Source: Macrostomum lignano (lineage: Eukaryota). Taken from it: a DNA stretch of 64,000 bases. Under the pieces are notes generated by a model. It saw only the letters and a list, made by a program, of their open reading frames with translations, was not told where the DNA came from and ran no database searches. The translations under genes were made by a program, and so were the position numbers. How positions within the stretch are numbered: position 1 is the first letter of the stretch; each line of letters opens with the position of its first letter. Location of the stretch: assembly GCA_002269645.1 (NCBI GenBank), contig NIVC01001186.1:277990-341989 (forward strand). Reading direction: 5' to 3'. This document shows positions 48,066 to 58,071 of the stretch, in pieces.

Positions 48066-49555
48066 GTTAGATCCGGTTTGGGAATTTTTCAGCCATTGTC
48101 AAGCATCATGAAGTAAAAGCCACGCGGTTCTGCAATAGGAATAGAATACTATGTAATAATGGACTTTGAGATTTCATCGATGACAAGGCGGAAGGTTTCT
48201 GAATGCAGCAATGAGTTTATTCCTTCCTTCTTGGAGGTAAAATCCCTAAAGGAATTGTGATGGTCTTTGTTTGCACAGTAGCACCACTGAAAACATCACC
48301 TATGTTTGGCTGTGCACAGGGTTAGCAAAGCGGCCGGTGTCTTTCATCTTTCTTGAATGCTTTCATCTATTTTTTTGACTAACTTTTAGCGGTCTCTGTT
48401 GGCATCGGCTTGCTTGTCTAGATTGAAACGCGATTACAAATGAGCTCTTCCGCATGTTTGTAGTTTACCTGTAGTTAGTAAATATATAGGAAGCAACTGT
48501 GTAATACAGGTGTTTGACTAATGTAAAAGAAAAGCTTTTATTTAACTTAAATCAGTCCATTAGCTGAAAAACTGCTAATGCATAGCTACATGTACATGTA
48601 TCTCGTAAGATGAAAATTCTGTACGCTTTTGCCGGCACACAGTGGCGTATGCGGTAATTTTGATTGGTGAGGGCTGCAACCCTGTCTCGAGATGGGTGCC
48701 TGTCTCTTGGTGAGCGCCCCTGTCTCTTGGTGGGCGTCCCTTTCTCTTGGTGGGCGTCCCTGTCTCTTGGCGCCTCTTGGTAGGCGCTCCTACCTGTCTC
48801 TTAAACCGGTTGGGCTCCTGTCATTCGTCAAGTTTGGTTACCTGATTTTTAGCTTCCAAAGGATTGCATTTTGTGGGGGCCATTGAGGGGGACCGCGGCC
48901 TCTCCGTGGCCTCGCTCTGCTTATCCCACAGCCAACATATTTGGACTGATTTCGGATTGATCTCAACTTTAATGAAAATCCTAACAGGCTGTGTACTATG
49001 TAATTGTTTATCTTTGACGCTTTCTGAGGTTTTCATGGCAAAAAACTCGACCTACAAAGCGTATCCTCACCTTAATACTGAGACATCCGGGCTGCTGGGT
49101 CAGGCGCATTTCTGGGGTCTTTCTCGAAACTTGCGTAAGTTCTGTGGTAAGTTAGATCTTAGGTTAGAACTTTACGCTCTGCGTAGATAGATAGATAGAA
49201 GGACGCTGAAGAGTCAGAGACACTTAGCGCTCACACGCTCGCGAAAAAGCTCTGGGGGGTCTTTCTCGAAAGCAACTTACGATCGGCCATAGACGTAAGT
49301 TGGGGAGGAAGTGCTTATGGCTTGCGAGAACCCTAGGTTAGCTTCGAGAAACAGCTTTACGACCCGACCCGTCTTACGCCAAGCGCAAAGTTCGGACTTA
49401 CGCCTGCACTTACCATAGAACTTACAATAGTTTCGAGAAAGACCCCCCTGAGGAGCAGGAAGTGGCCTCAAGCGGGGTGAGGTGGACATATACAACATTT
49501 GATTGACTCAACTAGACTTACGCGCTAACCAGACTTACGCGCTGCGTAGGATCAA

Positions 49556-50013
49556 TATTGGTTTTGTCAGCCTAACTGAGAATAAAGCCATCCAAAGTGA
49601 GAATCCTGCCTACGCTGACTGCGAAGGGCCTGGCTGCGTGCAGCCTTAGTCTATGGGCCATAGACTATAAAGGATAAGCAAAGTGATAAAAAGCCATCCA
49701 ATGTGAGAATCCTGCCTACGCTGAATACGAAGGGCCTAGCTGCGTCCAGCCTAGTCTATGAGCCATAGACTATAAAGGATAAGCTAGGATTGGCTAGTCA
49801 TATGGCTCAGAAGCTCAGAAGGTAAAAAAATAAAAGAATACGACGCATAGACCAATCGATTCTCACATTGGATGGCTTTTTATCACTTTGCTTGTCCTTT
49901 ATTGTCTATGGCCCATAGACTAAGGCTGCACGCAGCCAGGCCCTTCGCAGTCAGCGTAGGCAGGATTCTCATTTTGGGTGGCTTTATTCTCAGTTAGGCT
50001 GACAAAAGCAATA
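49556..50013. mobile_element. Foldback element with ~155-bp inverted arms
   Basis: 49556-~49712 is the near-perfect reverse complement of ~49859-50013. TA lies at both outer edges. Confidence 0.75.
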
Positions 50014-50054
50014 CTAAGACAGTTTCTCGAAAGTAGCTTAGACTTTGCGTGACT

Positions 50055-50516
50055 AGCGTTCCAGGCGGTAATCGAGACCGTCCTGCTCTACAACACCGAG
50101 ACCTGGACGCTGACGGACTCACTCGAACAGCAAGTCGATGCGGCGCACGCTGGCCTGCTGCGCGCCGCCTTCAACATCGGCGTCGAGCGAGTCAACAACG
50201 CGGCACTCTATCGCCGCGCTGGCCTGTCACGTCCAAGCGATCTACTGCGCCGTCGGCGACTCCAGCTCGCAGGCCATCTCATCCGCGCCGAGTCGTACTG
50301 CCCACAGCCGGTGCAAGAGGTGCTGCTGCTCACGCTGCAGGCACCCTACCGGCGAGATCAAGCGCGAACTCGGCGTTACGTCGACTGTCTGCTGGCTGAC
50401 GCCAGCGCCCCGGACACTGCCGGTGGCGCGGCCTTTGTTCGCGCCCAAGCCATGAAGCGCGCCCTGTGACGCTGACTTTTGCCATCCTGACAGCGTATTT
50501 TGTTGTTGTTGTTGTT
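50055..50516 (+). mobile_element. 5'-truncated RTE-like non-LTR retrotransposon (C-terminal end of the RT ORF plus (TTG)n tail)
   Basis: Open frame 50056-50469: FQAVIETVLLYNTETWTLT...H..LLR..FNI...N..LY...RRRRLQLAGHL.R. Microsatellite 3' tail. Flanking duplication GTGACT (50049-50054, 50517-50522). Confidence 0.85.
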
Positions 50517-51584
50517 GTGACTTACGCAATTCGGAAGTCTAGTTGATTCTATAAACTATATCCTAGACTGTTTCCTGGGAGAAAAGGCAAAAAATCAAAT
50601 CTAAAAAGCTAATTTTAGATTTAGTGGATTTATTGCTTTATTTATTACTAACGGTAGTAGGAATCGGGCACCTGTTCTATTTTTTTGCGGAAAAGATTGA
50701 GACTTGACAAAGACTTCGTCAAAGTCTTCTGGGAGCTATTTTTTAATGTGACTCGTAAAAATAAATAGTTTTGGTAAAATCTAGGACAGTTAAACTTGCG
50801 CCAGTCTCCGATGAGAATGAAGTTGGGGGCTCTTGCTCACTCACGCTTGGTCTCGATCAGGCGCAGATTTACGATCGATATTAAGTAGGACTATAGACTT
50901 ACGCTCTTTTCAAGAAACTGGCCTTTGCGTAAAGTTACGAGCTCGCAAAGTTGCGATCGATCGAACGCCGTGTCAAGTTGCGAGCCTTTCGATCAAACCA
51001 TAAGTTTTTCTTTCTCAACTTACGTCTATGGCACACCGTAAGTTGCTTTCGCGAGAGACCCCCCCCCCGATATCTGCACTAACACAATAGTTTCAGTTGC
51101 CGTTTCAGTATTAGCCATAGACTATAATTTGGCTCATACAGATACAGATACTCGTACATTACTCAGATATGGAAAATATCAGTTTTTTGGCTTAATCCTG
51201 AAATTTTGGCATCGAACGAGTCAAGTTGAATAAAAATTTACCTAACAGTTTGCTTTTAAATGCGTAACAAACAAATAAAAAGGCAGGTCGAGCTTTAGTA
51301 CATGTATATGTATATCTACAGAAATCGGAAGCAAAAGGGATGCTCAAAAAGACATTATCATGGGTCCATAGCCATTATGGCCGTTGGTGCAGCACCCATT
51401 TCTCGACGACTCTTACAAAGGCTGGGCGAGTATTCGTTCAGCAGCCTTGCTCCCCAGTTCATTCGACCCAATGCCATCCTGCTCAGCTGCAGCAGCCTTT
51501 TTTTAAAACTTAAACAAATAAAATTTACAGACTTATCATTTGATACATTGTATGTGTAGTAAAAAGAAAGGTGTTGTAGCCAAT

Positions 51585-51880
51585 GGGGTTGTAGCCTAGT
51601 GGTTAGAGCGAATCACGACTTGAAGGTCGGGGGTTTGATTCCCGATCCCCACTTAAAAAATTTGTGTCCTTGAGCAAGACACTTAACTCTGCATTGCTTC
51701 AGTTCACCCACTGCAGCTGTAAAATGGGTGCAAGCATTAGCTGGGGCAATTGAGGGTGCGTGTGGCGACCCCCAGTCCTTGGACTGAACAGCCGTACGCA
51801 GCCTTCAGATGCGCCGCGCAAATAGCTGCGGCTGAGCTGTCGGTTGCACACCTGACCCAATCGGGGCAGATTTAATCAAT
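51585..51880 (+). mobile_element. tRNA-derived SINE with a CORE-like central domain
   Basis: A-box (TAGCCTAGTGG) and degenerate B-box (GGTTTGATTCC), followed by GTGTCCTTGAGCAAGACACTTAAC resembling the MIR/CORE domain. No intact cloverleaf. Confidence 0.75.
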
Positions 51881-53069
51881 ACTGATCATTATCATAAAAA
51901 GATTGAACAAATAGAAAAATTGAACAGAATTGATGTTATATAAAATTTAAACAATAATTATTGAAAAGATACTAATTTATCAAGTGAGCGATACTTAAAT
52001 AAAATTATTCATATCGTTGTCTTCGATAGCTAATAGGAGGTTGCTTGCAAGGGTCCAAACAATTCAATTAAACTCCTTGTTGCCTAGCTTTCGCCTTCTT
52101 TCAGGTCTTTGACTGTCAAAATTTAAATGACAGTGCTAGTGATAGTTGGTAATTGATATGCGAGGGTAGTTTAGAATTCCCAAAACAGAAGTTCATACAC
52201 TGTATATAGAAAACTTACTTACAGTAACTATAGGATTCGGCTATTTGTGTTGAGCTGATGTTTGCTGCACTGTCGCAGCTTATAGCTACATCGAGTTCAT
52301 ATTAGTCACTATTGAATTTCGTCAACAGCTTCAATCTTGCGTCGAGACGTGGAGGCACGAATAGCACAACATATGTGAGATATGTGAGAGCACCACTGGC
52401 GTGTTTTGTACAAGCCGCTTGATCACAAAAATTGGTGTTACGTGCGGGATCACTATAGGCCTGTACATATCGTTTTCTCATTGAAGCTTATACTTCAGCT
52501 GCATAAATTAATGGCGTTGCGAACCTCTTTTTAATGCCCTTTAAACCCTGGATAAAAGAAACACAATATTTTTTTCTGAAAAAATTAAGCTCTCAATATT
52601 TCCAATCAACCAGATTGACTTATACTTGACTTAGCTACAGGGCTATCCGAACACACAGCGGGGAGGCGAACGTCGCCCATTCCGCCAGGCTCCAATCAGC
52701 CAAATCAGTAGTAGGATTGCATTTAGGCAATTATTGTAAGTTGAAGAGGCATTAGTTCATACACTACGAGTACTTACCTGCTTTTAACCCAAATTGGAAG
52801 CCTGTTAAAAATTTATTCTACGGTCATGATAGCTTATGCTCACCGACCCACTTTAGAGACCAAGTTGACACTGACACGTAAAAGCTTCCACTCAGGAGAC
52901 GCCAGTCATAATTCCCTTTAGACGCTGCAAAAACACTCGAAATCAATTTGAAAATGCCTGTAAAAGCATTCTCTCAAGCGATCAACAATCTAAGCCGATC
53001 GTGGATTTAAAAAATCTATTTATAAGAACGCGCAACTAAAACAAAGTTTTATAACCTGTCTCGCCTAAA

Positions 53070-53840
53070 ATGCCTGTCATGAAAGCCGCATATATAATTG
53101 GTCATTTGTTTATTTTAACCACCTTGTTGCTACATACCTGCAGCAGTCTGTCAAGAACGTCCAATGCTTACCATCGAATACTTGGACTACTGTGCTTAAG
53201 AAGTGAGTTTGTTGTCATCAAGCCAGATGCGAGTTCTACCCTGAAGTGCTCCGCATTATGCAGCAGAGACCGGCGCTGTCAGGCGTTCAGCCTGGCTGAC
53301 GGTCCGTGCCAGCTGTTCGTGTTCGACAAGTGCAGCAAGTCGGTGAGGAACTGCGGCTGCTCCAGGAGAGGCCGGGTGTTTGTGAAGCAGCAGCCGGGAC
53401 TCGAGGCGGGCGCGCTGTGTCCGTCTGGCTACGGAGACGACCTGTGCGGAGTGAAGTACAAGCTGTTCAACGACTCAGGAAGTTGGAAGCAAAGCAGAGA
53501 AAAGTGCGAGTCGGAGAGCGGCCCGGTCATCATGGCAGATGTGGTGGACGCTACCGAGATGCACCATATTGAGATGCTTCATGCGAAGTACAGTTTTGGC
53601 AAGTCGTTCTGGCTCGGCGGTTTCCAGACTGAGGACAGTGCAGAGCCGCTCGAAGGCTGGCATTGGATTGCCTGCAATCTTGAGGTGGCCAGAACTCTTT
53701 GGAGTCAATCGGAGCCAAGCAACACGGGAAATGACGAGAATGTGATTTTGCGATGGTCAGCCAATCCGAATCTAAGTGACGGACGCATGGAAATGAATGA
53801 AGTGTCGGCCGGTCTGTGCGAATGCGTTTTTCCGTTTTAA
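53070..53840 (+). CDS. Secreted PAN/apple-like + C-type lectin domain protein (paralog B), intronless, 256 aa
   Basis: Signal peptide, the same PAN Cys pattern, and a CTL domain with FWLGG, WHW, EPSN and LCE. Paralogous to 45449-46204. Confidence 0.85.
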   Translation: MPVMKAAYIIGHLFILTTLLLHTCSSLSRTSNAYHRILGLLCLRSEFVVIKPDASSTLKCSALCSRDRRCQAFSLADGPCQLFVFDKCSKSVRNCGCSRRGRVFVKQQPGLEAGALCPSGYGDDLCGVKYKLFNDSGSWKQSREKCESESGPVIMADVVDATEMHHIEMLHAKYSFGKSFWLGGFQTEDSAEPLEGWHWIACNLEVARTLWSQSEPSNTGNDENVILRWSANPNLSDGRMEMNEVSAGLCECVFPF

Positions 53841-54464
53841 CGAATTAATTTTACTAACTACAAAAAAAAACGCTTGAGCAAAATAGAGACAGATTATTTG
53901 CTGTTCGTTGAAATATAATGCAGACACATTTAGCTAAACAAAGGTTTTGTTTAAAACCTCTTTTCTGCTGTTGTCGGACAGGAAAGTTGGCTTGATTTCT
54001 ATTAAAAAAATATGTTGAGATGACTTGCAGCACTCTTGCTCGACGAACCGAATTAATTACGCTTGTATAATTTAGTACGAAGAATTAGTTGGCGGATTGT
54101 GGCGTTTCACACATCCATGAAGGCCAACCCCCAAGGTTCCCAAGGCCAATGGGCAGAGTTACCTCGCTGGGTCCATGATGATTGCCCGCAGAGGTTTGTT
54201 CCGAATGCTTAGTAAGTCAATCAAGAGATTTACCCGATTAAAACGTTTAGAATTAGATAGTAAAGATTTAGTATATTGTGACTGCATATCAAATGCTTAT
54301 TTTTCTGGTAGGTTTTTATTTTTTTTATACAGGGGTACATCGGTGAGCAGATGCTATGTCGCTTGTGTAGAGTGTTCTACCTCCCACAAAAAAGTAGAAT
54401 AGTTAATCATAAAATACTGCTATAAGTAAGCTAGTGCATGCATGCGCACTTAAACTTTAGGGAT

Positions 54465-54715
54465 GATTCATGTTACTATTTTTAGCGGATGAATCATGTT
54501 ACTATTTATAGCATCAGAATGAATCATGTTACTATTTATAGCATCAGAATGAATCATGTTACTATTTATAGCAACAAAGTGAATCATGTTACTATTTATA
54601 GCATCAGAATGAATCATGTTACTATTTATGGCAGCACCATGAGTCATGTTACTATTTATAACCACGCGATGAGTCATGTTACTATTTTTAGCGCAACACG
54701 TGAGTCATGTTGCTA
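54465..54715. repeat. Short minisatellite, 30-bp unit (GAATCATGTTACTATTTATAGCATCAGAAT)
   Basis: About 8 tandem copies that degenerate rightwards. Confidence 0.9.
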
Positions 54716-55928
54716 TTTTTGGCTGGCGAAACCATCTATAAATATAAGCGGCCCAAAGCGGAACCGGAGTCAACTCCCGACGATAGGAGAAGCTCCGAAG
54801 AGGAAGCCTTAGGAGGACTTCCTGATCACCAAGTCAATCAAGACTTGGTCGAGTTGTTGCGGTAAGCCTTTCTCATTTGCGCCAGTTGTTGTTGAGTCGA
54901 CTCGCTATTGTCATAATGTTAGAGTCTGTTGAGACTCTTGAGTCCATTTGAGACTCTATTGGCTGTAGTCGCCCGAAGGACTACCCACTAGATCTTAGAG
55001 GATCTATTAGAGATTACCGGAGCAATACCTAGAGTGCAGTGAGGCACTACTAGAAGGAGAAGGCTTAAGTAAAACCGCAGTTCGGCGCCGGGTACCCATT
55101 GTTGATACGAGGCCTCTGATTGGTCCTGACTGCAGACACCGGCCGGAAGTGACTTCATCGGAAGTAAAAGAAGAACCAGGACCAGAGACGAAGATCCAAG
55201 ACTTCTAGAAGATTGACGAGATCTACAACCGAGATCTACACAAGGAGTTAACGAAGCTCGACGTCTAATCCGGATTTAAGGTAATTAAATACCTTCAGTT
55301 GATTACCGGGTTGCCTAGCAAAGAAGCTAGAAGTGATTGTTCCTTGATTACAGACAAAGTCTGGTAATAAGGAACACATCACTTGGTCCCTAAAATCTCT
55401 TTATTAAGAGCGACTTACTATATGCATTGGGGGTGGGCACTGAAGTTAAAATCTGCCGCATGGCTCAATATGTGTTGCAGGAAAACCTCGGCGGGCAAAT
55501 ATTGGCGGACAGTTCATCTTCGGGCGATTCTCGAGCTCCCGATTTGATCACCGCATGGTTGCATTCTTTAGATGGCTACATGTATTTGCAGTTACATGCA
55601 TGTACGTGACCTTACATGAAGTTGAAGTTGAAGTTTTATAAACTGTGGGTTACCTTATGCCCGGATATGCCCATATTAAGTATATGCCCGGAAGTCAAGA
55701 CTCCGGCATTCATACGTTTATCGTGTGCTCTTGCCATTTGCCATTGGTCGAAGTCTGCAGAAACCAGAAAAATATACAGCTTGATTTGAGCCAATCAAAA
55801 TCGTTATCTGCAGGGGATACAAACTCGATACTACTTAAAATCTAATAAGTCTCAATCATGGAAATTGACTAAAGACCAGCTTTTCACGCATTTCCGCTTT
55901 AGAGAATTCGTGATATTTTATTCAAGCG

Positions 55929-58071
55929 ATGAGCTGCAATATCAATTCAATCGATCCTACTGACGGAGACAATCCACAGACGGAATGTCCCATCGACATC
56001 GTGGACTTTCTGCCCAGTCGAAGGGAATGGCTAGCCTTCATAAAATGCCTCGCCGAAGACGACTCCGATAAGCTGAGGTCGTTTTCTAAGCGAATTGACT
56101 GGACCAAATTTCTGCAGAGCCAGGATCTTGGCGGAGCGTGGAAACTCTGCGAACCCCGCTTCTCCAAGTCGACCCGCGGCAGCAGGCAGATACATTATTT
56201 TGCATCGAATCCATTTTTTGTAGCCATGTTCTACAACGCCAAGAAATGCCTGCTCCTCATGAAAGAGTCTGCTGTAGACTTCTCTAAGCTAACTGAGCAA
56301 AAATTCAATGCCTACCATATGCTGATGAGCGCCATGCAGTTCATGCTGAAAAACCAAAATATCAAAGATGGTACGCCTGATGTCTGGAGTCTGCTGGTCC
56401 TGTTCCATCACCAACTATTCACCAGAGACGAGCAGGAGTTCATGTTCGACAAGCGCTGTCAGCACGGCATGTGCCCAATCAGCTGGGGGTGTACATCGGT
56501 CTGGCCAAGTACATGGAGTACATTTTGTACTGTTATTCGCCAAACAGGATTGCACAAGCCGACGCAGTGGGCATCAATGAGCACATCGTTTTGGACCTGA
56601 CGAACTTTACCGGCGAACACAAAGAATTCTTTGTTTGTCCAATCATTGTACTGCTGGATGTGTACAGTGCAAGTTCGTTGGACGAGATTCGGGAGATGGG
56701 AATCTTCCGTCAGGGCTTCATCTGGCGACAGTGGGTAGAGGAACTCTACAGTCGATCCTACATTGCTAGCCTGATCGTGCTACTTTTGGTTACGGCCTTG
56801 TGCATCTGCACAGTCGGATTCTTCGGTGTAGAGTCTAACAAATACCTGAGGATAAAGTGCAGCAAATCGACAAATGAGGTAGCATCGACGCCTTACGGAC
56901 TACTTAGCACTTTAATCTGCTGGATTACTTTCTCGCTTTTTTGTCTAGTGAGCACAGCTTTGGGCCTAGCTCGAAAGGAGATCTGGAGGTAAGCATGATA
57001 ATAGAGATATCATTACTCACATATTACATTTTCGGGGCAGATTACCTCAGCAGTTATGGCATCTGCCTCTCGTGCCTGTGCATGTATTTTTATGCTGCTC
57101 AAGGGTTAGCAAAATTAGCATAACGGCTTGCTCCTCGCTGGCTGCCGGTTTACTGTCACTTTTTCGATTTGCTGCAGTGCCCGAAGCCAGCTCCTGCAAG
57201 CAAACTGATGCGTGATGCAAACTTCTGTTTATTTAGGTACAAGCTCGGCTATCCCGCTTGGCCAAGAAGAAGCTACTCGGATCTAATTTCCTGGTTGGCC
57301 CCATTAATTTTGGCGCTGCCAGTCTCGTGTTTTTTGTACTGGCTTCATCTAAATACAACTACAAGCTGCAATATGTTTGGCACCATGATCTATGCAACAA
57401 GTGGATGCTGCACCATTTTGCTGGTACTCTCCAGTCTAGCTTTCATTCTCTGCTACTTGCAAATGTGTTGGCCGATAACAACTATCACAACTAGCTTCTA
57501 CAACAGCATTGGCACTTTCACATTATTCTCACTTGTCTACATCATACTGACGGCTATTTTCACGCGATTGTTTCAAGCTAGTTCGACGTTCGCCGCGGCG
57601 CAAGCTGCTGCCAGTAGTAATTCTTCGGACAGCAGCAACACATTCTTCAGAGCTTATTACACCACCTTCTTGGTGTCACTGAACATCATTGATCCGACGG
57701 TATTCAGGCCGGGCGAAGACAGAGCTGACCTGAGCCTGCTGCATATGGCCTACATTCTTGCGGTACCTGTATTGTTTATCAACTTTGTTGTCGGAATTTT
57801 ATCTTCAGTGGTGAATCGAGTCACGGAGAACAGTGTTGAGCACCGCTACTGGCTAATGCTTACTGTTGCGGAGTACTTCGAGCGAACCTTTGTCGTGCTC
57901 TTCCGACTGAGAACTGCGCTGTTCGGACGGAAAAAGCTCACTTTGACTGTGTGCAAGCCTTTAAGTCCGGACAGCAAGCTCATCGCGTTCAATAATTACA
58001 CTCTCGACTCGGTTTGGCCGCCATGCGGACAGACAGAAGTCTGCGAACTCGAGTCTACAGAAGAAATTTGA
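55929..58071 (+). CDS. TRPV5/6-like cation channel (ankyrin-like N-terminus, multi-pass TM, pore loop), with a 1-nt frameshift at ~56475
   Basis: Exon 55929-56988 (frameshift at CCC 56474-56476), GTAAGC...TTTAG intron 56989-57236, exon 57237-58071. The pore TTFLVSLNIID aligns with TRPV6 STFELFLTIID. The S6 segment FINFVVGILS and the post-S6 Y.L...A....ER follow the TRPV pattern. A small extra exon within the intron is possible. Confidence 0.8.

Larger units (their letters stand above)
49114..51066. mobile_element. Cluster of PIF/Harbinger-like MITE ends (TIR GGGG(G)TCTTTCTCGAAA), with nested insertions
   Basis: TIR-like pairs 49114 with 49410-49447, and 49255-49302 with 51016-51063. Several ends are flanked by CTG. 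Confidence 0.6.

Noticed and set aside
51585-51660. Functional tRNA gene
   Set aside because: The anticodon arm is collapsed and a CORE-like SINE body follows directly.
56471-56480. Programmed ribosomal frameshift in the TRPV-like gene
   Set aside because: No slippery heptamer or stimulatory structure seen; a homopolymer indel is the simpler explanation.
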